DNA of 63,953 nucleotides, counting the filler, from Acidimicrobiia bacterium (lineage in GTDB: Bacteria; Actinomycetota; Acidimicrobiia; Spongiisociales; CAZKJJ01), in the NCBI GenBank assembly GCA_046759765.1. It is 7 parts of 7 records of this genome, joined end to end, with 100 filler letters (N's around TTAATTAATTAA, not from the genome) between each part and the next. Parts side by side here need not be neighbours in the genome. Positions count along the whole stretch, not along the records: positions 49,942 to 59,620 come from JBHICV010000093.1; positions 59,721 to 63,953 come from JBHICV010000189.1; 5 more parts are not named here. One strand, given 5' to 3'. Below the pieces are notes generated by a model. The model ran no database searches. It saw only the letters and a list, made by a program, of their open reading frames with translations, and had not been told where the DNA came from. The stretch's first letter is position 1. Each line of letters starts with the position of its first letter. Below, in pieces: positions 51,616 through 60,289 of this stretch. Position numbers and translations under genes: made by a program.

Positions 51616-51620
51616 CCAGC

Positions 51621-51986
51621 CTACGGCGGGCTCGGTCGCTCCCAGAGCAAGGAGCCAAGGCCGAGCAGACCTCCCACCAGCGCGCCAGCGTACGACTCCA
51701 GCGCCGCACCACCGATCGGAAGGAGCGATGGTCCGTCCAGCAAACCCGCCACTGCCAATAGGGTGGTGGTGGCAGCGGCCACAGCCAGTCCGACAGCGAC
51801 CATGATCAGTCTGTCCTGCTGGGTCGCCTGGCGGCGATGTTCCGCAACGAAAGTCCAGGGAACCGCAGCCGCAACGATTACTGGAGCAAGGTGGTAGGTG
51901 ACCGTGGGGCGCAACAGGGCCAGCACTGCCCAGAGAACAGACAGGCCGGCGCCGTACGCAATCCCACGCCGGGACAGGAGGGTCAC
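51621..51986 (-). CDS. Hypothetical membrane protein
   Basis: About four hydrophobic segments; 5 nt upstream of the DUF1684 gene on the same strand. Confidence 0.7.
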   Translation of the reverse strand: MTLLSRRGIAYGAGLSVLWAVLALLRPTVTYHLAPVIVAAAVPWTFVAEHRRQATQQDRLIMVAVGLAVAAATTTLLAVAGLLDGPSLLPIGGAALESYAGALVGGLLGLGSLLWERPSPP

Positions 51987-52111
51987 GCCAGCCTCAACCT
52001 CACTTGCACCTACGCTGTTCCTACCGATCCGATCAACTGTCGTAATTCCGACAGATGGCGGAACGCCGAGGTCGGCGACCCCGTTCAGGGCGACAGAAGG
52101 AAGTTGAGATA

Positions 52112-53311
52112 GTGAGACTTATGATCGTGAGCCTCGCTCTCGTCGCCGCGGCCTGCTCGGCCGCCACCGGCGACGAGACGGTGGTCACCGGTCCGACCGA
52201 GGAGACCTCGGCGCCATCGACCGAGGCTGTGCCGGTAGTTCCGCCCGTCGCCGGCGAGTTGCCCGAGGGGCCGTCCGCGCTCCAATCGCCCCTCCACGAG
52301 GACTTCCCGCCGGCCCTGATCGACGTGTTCGAGATCATTGCCGTTCTGCCGCCCGACTCCATTCCGGCAGTGGACGAACCCTTCTTTGTATCGATCGCGG
52401 AGGCCGATGAATACCTCGCCCCCGATGAGCCGGTCGTTGTTGTAGACGTGAACGGCGACGCTCGGGCCTACCCGATCCAGATCCTCGCCTGGCATGAGAT
52501 CGTCAACGACACTGTCGGCGGAGTTCCGATCGCCATTACCTACTGCCCGCTGTGCAACTCGGCGGTGTCGTACGAACGGAGGATCGGGGGAACCGAGACC
52601 ACGTTTGGCACCTCTGGCACGCTTTTCAACTCGGCGCTAATCATGTATGACCGAGCCACCGAAACAATGTGGACGCACTACGACGGCCGCGCCGTCTTAG
52701 GACTTCTCACGGGACACCAACTCGCCCCGGTCGCATCCCCGTTGCTCGCCTGGAGCGACTTCGTCGATGCCTACCCGGACGGCCTGGTCCTCGATCGGGA
52801 GAGAACCGGAGCAAGCAGGCCCTACGGCACGAACCCCTACGCGGGCTATGACAGAGCCGCGTCGGGCACCTTTTTCCCGGTCGCCTCGGAGGATGAGCGG
52901 CTCCTGGTCAAAGAGCGGGTCGTCGGCGTGACGATCAACGGCGTGGCCCGCGCCTGGGCGCTAGAGGCTGTGAGCGGTGGAGAGGCCAAGGCCACCAACG
53001 GCGAGCTCGGTGGAACATCCCTCGTTATCTTCTGGAAGTCCGGACAGGCTTCTGCTTTTGAAGGGGCCGACAACCCCGACGTCGGGTCTGTTGCTGTCTT
53101 TCGCCCCGTCGCCGAGGGACGACAGCTGACATTCGAGACGGAAGGCGGCGAGTTCCGAGACCGCGAGACCGGCTCACTCTGGGACATGACGGGTCGTGCT
53201 ATCGGGGGCGAACTCACGGGCCTATCGCTGGAGCGCATCCACCATCTCGATACGTTCTGGTTCGCCTGGTCCAGCTACCAGCCGGATACGGAGCTGGTCG
53301 AGGCCGGCTAG
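52112..53311 (+). CDS. DUF3179 family lipoprotein
   Basis: Lipobox VAAAC; DSIPAVDEP, RAYP, WHEIVND, TYCPLCNS, FGTSG.L, MYDRAT, FWFAW. Start set at GTG 52112. Confidence 0.93.
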   Translation: MRLMIVSLALVAAACSAATGDETVVTGPTEETSAPSTEAVPVVPPVAGELPEGPSALQSPLHEDFPPALIDVFEIIAVLPPDSIPAVDEPFFVSIAEADEYLAPDEPVVVVDVNGDARAYPIQILAWHEIVNDTVGGVPIAITYCPLCNSAVSYERRIGGTETTFGTSGTLFNSALIMYDRATETMWTHYDGRAVLGLLTGHQLAPVASPLLAWSDFVDAYPDGLVLDRERTGASRPYGTNPYAGYDRAASGTFFPVASEDERLLVKERVVGVTINGVARAWALEAVSGGEAKATNGELGGTSLVIFWKSGQASAFEGADNPDVGSVAVFRPVAEGRQLTFETEGGEFRDRETGSLWDMTGRAIGGELTGLSLERIHHLDTFWFAWSSYQPDTELVEAG

Positions 53312-53350
53312 GAGAGCCACAAGTGACGAGCGCCCCAGAGGACGGCGCGG

Positions 53351-53377
53351 CGAGCCCCCCTAAAGGGGGGCTCGTTT
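53351..53377 (+). terminator. Intrinsic terminator hairpin between DUF3179 and rnpB (convergent)
   Basis: CGAGCCCCCC-TAAA-GGGGGGCTCG-TTT. Confidence 0.75.
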
Positions 53378-53712
53378 GAGTCCACCTATAAGCCGGATTC
53401 TGTCGGGGGCGGTCATCTATCTGGGACCGGCGTCGCCGCCGGCCTCGTGCGGCCTACCCGGGATCACTTGAGCGGGTCACCCATCCCTGCTTGGCCTTGC
53501 TCCTGGTGGGGTTTACCTAGCCGTCCCGATCACTCGGGACGCTGGTGGTCTCTTACACCACCGTTTCACCCTTGCCGGCGCGCTAGCGCGTAGGCGGTCT
53601 CTTCTCTGTGGCACTTTCCGTCGGGTCGCCCCGCCTGGGTGTTACCCAGCACCATGCCCTATGGAGTCCGGACTTTCCTCACGCTCTTGCGTGCGGCCGC
53701 CCGGTGGACTCA
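53377..53712 (-). ncRNA. rnpB: RNase P RNA (bacterial class A)
   Basis: Minus strand contains GAGGAAAGTCCGGACTCC, AGTGCCACAGAG, GGGTGAAACGGTGGTGTAAGAGACCACC, GGTAAACCCCACCAGGAGCAAG and ACAGAATCCGGCTTA. P1 stem TGAGTCCACC/GGTGGACTCA. Confidence 0.99.
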
Positions 53713-53746
53713 GTTACAGGGTACAAGGCGCGACCGACGAGAGAGC

Positions 53747-54130
53747 TCAGCGTCGGCGAGAGGCGAGGGCGCCTCCCGCAGCGCCGAGCACGGCGCTTAT
53801 CACACCGAATGCCAGGAAGGTGAACAACCCGGCCCGGCTCCCGCCGAGGACTTGAAGCGCAGTTGAGACAGCAAAGAACCCCAGACCGGCGAGGGAGCCG
53901 TTGAATACTGCTCCCTGGGAGGAGAACCTCCCGGCGACGTACCCGGCCAGGATCTGAGCTGTGAAGTTGGCAATCGCCAGCACGGCAAGCTGTATCCCCT
54001 CGCCGCCCTCAACGAGGTTCACCAGCAGAAAGCCCGCCAGGGCGAGCAGGGCCATGACCAGCAGCCCGCTCGTGAGCCCGAGCAGGACCGCACCCCATCG
54101 GATCGACGCGAAAGCAGTTCCGGCCCGCAC
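53747..54130 (-). CDS. Hypothetical membrane protein (about four TM helices)
   Basis: IRWGAVLLG...AGYVAGR...NGSLAG...LGAAGG. Start uncertain. Confidence 0.7.
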   Translation of the reverse strand: MRAGTAFASIRWGAVLLGLTSGLLVMALLALAGFLLVNLVEGGEGIQLAVLAIANFTAQILAGYVAGRFSSQGAVFNGSLAGLGFFAVSTALQVLGGSRAGLFTFLAFGVISAVLGAAGGALASRRR

Positions 54131-54255
54131 GGTGCTCAGGACTCTAAGTCCGTGATCCGCCGCCGGAGCCAGTCGATGTGGTTGGATGAGGACCCGAAAC
54201 CAAATCCCGCTCGGCGGAGTCAACTTATAGGAAGGCTTTCGGAGGGAGGCTTCAA

Positions 54256-54909
54256 GTGGCCATCAACAAGTGGCTGGCCGAGCTGGTCGGCACGTTCATT
54301 CTCGTGTTCGTTGGATCCCTATCGATTCTGGCCGCGGGTGCGGCAGGGATTCATCCTTTGCTGGTGGCTCCCTTCGGGTTCGGTCTCGGTCTGGCCGCCG
54401 GGCTATACGCGGTCGGTCACGTGTCCGGAGGTCACTTCAATCCGGCCGTGACCCTGGCTGCTTTCATCGATCGGAGGACGAGTTTCACTGACCTGGTTGG
54501 TTACTGGATCGGCCAGATCGCCGGTGCTCTGCTTGCTTCGCTCCTGATCCTGGCGGCCAGCAGCCAGGACGCCGTGGCAGGTACAACCACGGCGCCCGGG
54601 CAAGGAATCGAAGACTCCTCAGCCGTGCTCCTGGAACTGGCGTTGACCGCAATATTCGTGATGGTGATCCTCGCCTCCACCCGGACGTCACCGAGGGTGG
54701 CGCTGATCGCGATCTCGTTGACACTGGTCGCCATTCACTTCGCGGCTGTATCGGTTACCGGTGCCTCGGTGAACCCGGCGCGGTCGCTAGGACCGGCAGT
54801 AGTCGGCGGATCGCTAGGCGACATCTGGATCTATATCGTCGGGCCGTTGGTTGGAGCGGTCGTGGCATGGGGCCTGTACCGCCTGTTCCCTGCAGAAGAG
54901 ACCGCCTGA
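54256..54909 (+). CDS. aqpZ: MIP family channel (aquaporin Z-like)
   Basis: AELVGTF, VSGGHFNPAVT, ASVNPARS (two NPA motifs). Confidence 0.93.
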   Translation: MAINKWLAELVGTFILVFVGSLSILAAGAAGIHPLLVAPFGFGLGLAAGLYAVGHVSGGHFNPAVTLAAFIDRRTSFTDLVGYWIGQIAGALLASLLILAASSQDAVAGTTTAPGQGIEDSSAVLLELALTAIFVMVILASTRTSPRVALIAISLTLVAIHFAAVSVTGASVNPARSLGPAVVGGSLGDIWIYIVGPLVGAVVAWGLYRLFPAEETA

Positions 54910-54936
54910 GGAAGCACTGCGTGTACGAAGAGAAGA

Positions 54937-54962
54937 GCCGGGTCTTCGGACCCGGCCTTTTC
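54937..54962 (+). terminator. Intrinsic terminator after the aquaporin
   Basis: GCCGGGTC-TTCG-GACCCGGC followed by CTTTTC. Confidence 0.8.
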
Positions 54963-54963
54963 T

Positions 54964-55422
54964 TCAGAGGAGAGGTTCTTCGACGTACTCCTCGAGGCCT
55001 GCTACCCAGCCGGTGGGTAGGCCCCAGTGGCGTCCTCCCTCGACGACCAGCGCCATGTAGTCCCGCGAGGGAGTGAATTCACCTCCAGCTGCGCCGTTGT
55101 GGACATGAGTCAGGACCGCGTGTCGGTGACCCTCACGGTCCACTGCCCTGAAGTCACGGTTGGCAACCCGGCCTTCCGTCTCCTCCACCGAGTCGATGGC
55201 TTTGCGGGCCGGCTCCGGGAGGTCGAACACAGCTCCCCAAACAGTGTTGCCGGGCTCAGCGATCACAGACGGGAGACCTCCCTGCCATTCCGAGTCCTCG
55301 AAAGGAAAGATCAGCTTGGTCTCGGGCAAGTGGGCGATGAATCGAAACTCGGCCCCAGGAGCGACCTCTCCGATTCGATCGGGGGAGATCATTGCCGTGT
55401 AGGCGAAGTACAGCGTGGTCAA
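54964..55422 (-). CDS. Gamma-glutamylcyclotransferase (AIG2-like) family protein
   Basis: LYFAY, VWGAVF, IDSVE, PSRDY...GLP..W. TTG start at 55422 follows GGAGG. Confidence 0.8.
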   Translation of the reverse strand: MTTLYFAYTAMISPDRIGEVAPGAEFRFIAHLPETKLIFPFEDSEWQGGLPSVIAEPGNTVWGAVFDLPEPARKAIDSVEETEGRVANRDFRAVDREGHRHAVLTHVHNGAAGGEFTPSRDYMALVVEGGRHWGLPTGWVAGLEEYVEEPLL

Positions 55423-55557
55423 AACCTCCAAAGGTTCGAGGGACAATTGTACTAAGACTTCGCGTTCCTTCCGAGCTAGGAGCCCAGAAATGGCCGGTGA
55501 ACATTGAATGAACAGTCCCGACATAGCCGGCACTCGGGCCTAGCCTGACCGACCGGC

Positions 55558-56172
55558 ATGCGCGCATCCCTCGCCCTTTTCGCTCTGTCGCTGCTGGCTT
55601 CTGCCTGTGGAGGGGGTGCAGAGCCGGCGCCCACTCCGACCTTGGCCGCCACCGCACCGACGTCTTCTGTTACAGAAGTCCCACCTGCCACGGAGGCCTC
55701 CCCGACCACCGAGGTCCCCGTCCCGACGGAGCCGGCGACCGCGCTGGGACCGCCGGCGCCCGACTTCACGCTCGCGCTCTCGAATGGCGACTCGTTCGTC
55801 CTCTCGGCCCAGGAGAAGCCGGTCTACATGGTCTTCTGGGCCGAGTGGTGACCCATATGTGCGCTGGAGTTACCCGCGCTGGACGCCATAACAGCGGACT
55901 ATGTCGACGAGGTGACCTTCCTCGCGGTCGCCAAGCCGGAGCGAACCACCTTTGAGAAGACCGCCGCCAGGGCGCCGGTGTTGATGCCGTCGGGCCGGAT
56001 CCTGTGGGGATTCGACCCGGAGTTCGAAATATGGGACCTCTACGGCACTCGCCGCCAGCCGGTATCTGTGCTGATCACCAATCGCGGCGAGATCATCGAC
56101 TTCTGGTACGGGATCCTCGGGGAGGAAGAGACGCGGGCGCGGATCGAGCGGCTGGTCGAGGCGAGCGCCTAG
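55558..56172 (+). CDS. Selenocysteine-containing TlpA/redoxin-family lipoprotein (UxxC; TGA at 55849-55851)
   Basis: Two in-frame ORFs (55558 and 55912) join as APDFTL...KPVYMVFWAEW-U-PICALELP...TFLAVA...YGTRRQPVSVLI, 204 aa. Lipobox LASAC. Confidence 0.9.
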
Positions 56173-56178
56173 GTCCGC

Positions 56179-56227
56179 GTTCCTGTCAATCTGAGCCGCA
56201 CTTTTCGCGGCTGAGATTGACACGAAC
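56179..56227. repeat. 49-bp palindromic element between convergent genes
   Basis: GTTCCTGTCAATCT - 21 nt - AGATTGACACGAAC (arms 13/14 complementary), with inner stem AGCCGC/GCGGCT. Confidence 0.8.
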
Positions 56228-56230
56228 CAG

Positions 56231-56830
56231 TTAGGCCTCTGGCGACTGGGTCTCACCGACCGTGCGCTCGCCGGGTCTTTCCCCGGCCAGGATCCGATCG
56301 AGGGTCTGGGCCAGGATCAGGGTGTCGGTCGGGCCGTAGATCTTGGCGACCACCACCCCGTTGGGGTCGATGAAGAAGGTCTCCGGGGCGCCGAAGACTC
56401 CGAAGTCGATGACCGCCCTCAGATCGCGATCGTGCGCATAGGCGATGTTGCCCCAGCCGTAGCGATCGAGGAACTCCACCGCGGCGGACTCGGTGCTGCG
56501 CCACGCGACTCCTACAAACACCACGCCGCGGTCGGCGTACGCCTCGGCGGTCGAGAGCAGCGCCGGGTGCTCGTCGTCGCACCAGACGCACCACGGACCC
56601 CAGAAGTTGACGACGGCAACCTTTCCGTCGAGCTCGGCCAGGTTGATCGATCCTTCGGCGGCCAGCAGGGGGATGTCGCGGTCGGGAGCCTCCTTGTCGA
56701 GTAGTGGCGACACGGTGAGGTTCGGGTCGCTCCCGAACCGGCCGGCAAAGACGAGCGCCAAGACGAGGGCCGCCGAAATGGCGATCGCAATCAACCCTCG
56801 AGTCAGCCAGAGGCGCTGAGTGGCGGTCAT
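56231..56830 (-). CDS. ccmG: CcmG/DsbE-type thiol-disulfide oxidoreductase
   Basis: SPLLDKEAPD, VVNFWGPWCVWC, FGVFGAPETFFID; last gene of the ccm run. Confidence 0.88.
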   Translation of the reverse strand: MTATQRLWLTRGLIAIAISAALVLALVFAGRFGSDPNLTVSPLLDKEAPDRDIPLLAAEGSINLAELDGKVAVVNFWGPWCVWCDDEHPALLSTAEAYADRGVVFVGVAWRSTESAAVEFLDRYGWGNIAYAHDRDLRAVIDFGVFGAPETFFIDPNGVVVAKIYGPTDTLILAQTLDRILAGERPGERTVGETQSPEA

Positions 56831-57606
56831 GGAGCCACCTGAGCGTCCGCCATCACCTCTTCGACGACCGACCTGATGTCGGGCGGAAGGTCAGGCTGTT
56901 CGGCCAGCTCGGCGAGGAGTGCCAGAGCGGAGGGGCGATCCTCCACCCCATAGAGATATATGGCGGCCAGATAGAGCTTCGCCTCGTCGTATGCGGGCGC
57001 CCGGGCGAGGCTCTCGGTGAGGTAGTCGACGGCAACCTCCGGCTCGCCCCCCGACTGGTAGAACATCCAACCCACTCGGGCGAGAGCGATCGGGCCCTCG
57101 GGCGAGTCAGGGTCCGATTCCAGTACGGCTTGATAGTGAGGGAGGGCGGCCCTGAAGTCGCCGGCAACGAAGTACCGGTCCGCAAGGGCCATGCGCATTC
57201 CGTTTATCTGAGGATGGTCGGCGTTGGTCGCGATGACCGCCTCGAGGGCCTCGTCCGAGATCGTCTCCGGATCGACCGCCTCGGCCGCCAACCCCGTCGC
57301 GACGCCCTGGTCGCGCGGACTGACGAACTGGGCGGCCAGCATCACGATGACGACTACCGCGCCCAGAAACAGCAGAGTCCCGGCGACGACGCGGCGGGGC
57401 GAGCGCCCGCGAGAAGTGTCATCGCTGAGCCCGTCCAGTTCCGCCTCGAGGTCCTCTATCTCCTGCCGGTAGCCGGCTTCCAGCCTGCCGGCCGTCTTCG
57501 AGTCGATCTCGCCCGCGGCCACCTGCGACGCCAACTCCGAGACATCGCTCCTGGCTTGGGCCAACCGCTCCTCCAGCCGTGTGCGGGCGACTGCGGTGTC
57601 GCTCAT
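56827..57606 (-). CDS. CcmI/CycH-like TPR membrane protein
   Basis: Coiled N-terminus (AGEID), a TM helix, then TPR-like helices; lies between ccmH and ccmG. Start ATG 57606. Confidence 0.8.
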   Translation of the reverse strand: MSDTAVARTRLEERLAQARSDVSELASQVAAGEIDSKTAGRLEAGYRQEIEDLEAELDGLSDDTSRGRSPRRVVAGTLLFLGAVVVIVMLAAQFVSPRDQGVATGLAAEAVDPETISDEALEAVIATNADHPQINGMRMALADRYFVAGDFRAALPHYQAVLESDPDSPEGPIALARVGWMFYQSGGEPEVAVDYLTESLARAPAYDEAKLYLAAIYLYGVEDRPSALALLAELAEQPDLPPDIRSVVEEVMADAQVAP

Positions 57607-58004
57607 CTGTTGTTCGTCACCTTTACCCGGAGCTGTCCTGCCGCCAGCGCGATCCCCACCGCCAAGGCAGCCACCGGGAGCAGCCACAGGATCAGGTTGG
57701 CACCCCGAGGTGCAGGATCGAGGAGGATCACTTCGCCAAAGCGAGCCTGGAAGAAGTCGAGGATCTCCGCGTCGCTGCGGCCGCTCTCGACCTGCTCGGC
57801 GACGACCTCCATCATGGCTCTTGCCGTCTCGGAAGGAGAGTCGGCGATCGACTCGCCGCTGCAGACGGGACAGCGTATTCGGGCGCCGAGGCTGGCGACC
57901 CGGTCCGGCGCCGTGTCGTCACCGATCGCTACACCCAGCACGATGATCGTCGCCAGAATCACGAGCAGCACACCCCGCAGAACGGATCGCGTCGTCTCAG
58001 ACAC
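57603..58004 (-). CDS. ccmH: Cytochrome c biogenesis protein CcmH
   Basis: IRCPVCSGESIADSPS, ARFGEVILLDP, LWLLP. Confidence 0.95.
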   Translation of the reverse strand: MSETTRSVLRGVLLVILATIIVLGVAIGDDTAPDRVASLGARIRCPVCSGESIADSPSETARAMMEVVAEQVESGRSDAEILDFFQARFGEVILLDPAPRGANLILWLLPVAALAVGIALAAGQLRVKVTNNR

Positions 58005-59620
58005 GAGCCACCTCCGGCCGGCGCTCCCGCTGCTCGGATCGCGTGCGACGGCCGGCCCGCGCCAGCAGCCCTCCGGCGGCGGTGGTCAGTCCTCCGAGCC
58101 AGACCAGCCAAACCAGCGGGAACCACGACACCTCCATCACGACACCGCCGGAGTCGATGGCCCGCAATGACAGGTAGAGATCGCCCGAAGGCAGAAACGT
58201 GGCGACGGCCGGCGTCGTTACGGGCGCGGTACCGAAGTATTGGTTTAGTCGAGGTCGCAACTCCGTGAGCGTCCGTCCGTCTCGGCTGACCTCGATCTGT
58301 GCACCAACGACCGACCGACTCGGCTCTTCGCGGGTGAAGCCCGAACGGTACGTCAAGTCGAAACCGGCCGCCTGGGTGGTCTGGCCAGGCTCCAAGGACA
58401 CGACCTGCCTGGTGGCCTGCACGGTCGAGAAGGCAATACCTATTGCGATCAGAGCGACCCCGACGTGTGAGAGCTGACCACCCCAAAACCCCGGATCGGA
58501 CCTCACGACGGCCGCCACGGCCTGCGGCGGAGACTCTTGCTTCTTGCGTACTCGGGACCGCGCGGTCACTACCAGCAGCCGAGAAATAACGGACACGACG
58601 AACACCCCCGCGACAACTGCCCCGACGACGCTCACGTCTCGGTATCCGGCCAAAACCAAAAGAGCGCCGGTGCCCAGGGCCACCTCAATAGGTAGGCGGA
58701 TGCGCTCCCACACCACCGATGGCCTTGCTGAACGGTAAGGAGTAATCGGTCCGAGCCCCATGGCCACGAGCAGGGCAAACGACAGCGGGATGGCAATTCG
58801 ATCGAAGAAAGGCCGACCGACCGAGACCTGATCTCCGGAGAAAGCCTCGAGGAAGAGTGGGAACAGCGTGCCGGTTAGCACCGCAAACGCGAACACGGAG
58901 AGAAGCAGATTGTTTGAGAGGAACAGCCCTTCTCTGCTTGCGAGAGAGTCCAGACGTGGAGGCGCGGTCACCAGATGGGCGCGGAGAGCGAAAAGCGTCA
59001 GCGAGCCGACGAGAACGATTAGCAGGAACCCCAGCAGGGCGGGTCCGATCGCGGACTGCGTGAAGCTGTGGACGGAGGCGATAGTGCCCGATCGGGTGAG
59101 GAACGTGCCGAGAATCGTGAGAGAGAAGGTGGCTATGACGAGTATCACGTTCCACGCACCGAGCATGCCGCGCCGCGCTTGGACTATCGCCGAGTGGAGG
59201 AAGGCGGTGGCCGTCAACCACGGTAGGAAAGAGGCGTTCTCGACCGGGTCCCACGCCCAATAGCCGCCCCACCCGAGGACTTCGTAGGACCACCAGCCGC
59301 CCAGGACGATTCCAGCCGTGAGGAATGCCCAGGCCAGAAGAGTCCAGCGACGGGTGCGCTCGAGCCACTCCGCACCAGGATGTCCAAGCGCCAGCGCCGA
59401 GATGGCAAACGCAAAGGGGACGGTCATACCCACGTAGCCCAGGTAGAGCACGGGAGGGTGAACCGCCATCAGCAGGTGGTTCTGCAGCAACGGGTTCGGA
59501 CCTCGCCCGTCTGGTGGTGGGTCGGGTGCGGCCCAAGGCAGCGAGGAAGAGGCAGAACAAGACGCGGTGGCTGCGTCAGTGCACACCTCGAAGGGGTTGG
59601 CGACGATGGCCATGAGCCCG
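57997..59620 (-). CDS. ccmF: Heme lyase CcmF (5' end truncated)
   Basis: GPNPLLQNH, HPPVLYLGY, WSYEVLGWGGYWAWDPVENAS (WWD domain), TFLTRSG..SVHSF. Confidence 0.98.
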
Positions 59621-59720
59621 NNNNNNNNNNNNNNNNNNNNNNNNNNNNNNNNNNNNNNNNNNNNTTAATTAATTAANNNNNNNNNNNNNNNNNNNNNNNN
59701 NNNNNNNNNNNNNNNNNNNN
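59621..59720. other. Artificial contig linker
   Basis: N run containing TTAATTAATTAA. Confidence 0.99.
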
Positions 59721-59980
59721 CCGATGGACTGTGCCGCGTACCCCACCCGGCTTCTGACTTCGTGGGGGTGCTTCGTCACGTCCAGCCCGTCGATGATCAC
59801 CTCACCCGACGTGATCCTGAGCAGCGTCACGATCATTCTTATGGCTGTGGTCTTGCCGGCGCCGTTGGGCCCGAGGAATCCGAAGACCTCCCCGTTTCTC
59901 ACCTGGAAGGTGACTCCGTCTACCGCCCGGATCTCCCCGGGGTAGACCTTGACCAGATCCTGGACCTCGACTGTCGACAC
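59721..59980 (-). CDS. ABC-2 type ATP-binding protein (DrrA-like), 3' end truncated
   Basis: RAVDGVTF, GEVFGFLGPNGAGKTT. Confidence 0.9.
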
Positions 59981-60055
59981 GCCTGAAACGCTAGAACCCC
60001 CCCTCAGCAAACGGCAATCGGGTTCGTGTCACACGCTCCCGATACGTTGGCCGTA

Positions 60056-60259
60056 ATGATCATCGACTGTGACGCGTGCGCGATGCAGCACACGTCTGCG
60101 TGCGAGGACTGTGTAGTCACCTTCATCCTGGACGAAGCCCACGACACCCTCGAGCTCTCCGAACGCGAGATGCGGGCAATCGCGCGGCTGTCCGATGCCG
60201 GACTCGTGCCGCCGCTGCGTCTGCTGCCTCGAACCGAGCGCTCTCGTGAAGCCTCCTGA
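60056..60259 (+). CDS. Small four-Cys protein (CxxC-x7-CxxC)
   Basis: MIIDCDACAMQHTSACEDCVVTFIL...LSDAGLVPPLR. Confidence 0.8.
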   Translation: MIIDCDACAMQHTSACEDCVVTFILDEAHDTLELSEREMRAIARLSDAGLVPPLRLLPRTERSREAS

Positions 60260-60289
60260 CACCTGGAGTGCATTACGTAACCTGACGAC

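Noticed and set aside
52112..53311. Selenoprotein form of DUF3179
   Set aside because: The ORF is uninterrupted with CPLC; there is no in-frame TGA.
54150..54225. Hammerhead ribozyme or riboswitch upstream of the aquaporin
   Set aside because: GATGAG...GAAAC lacks the CUGA core and supporting stems.
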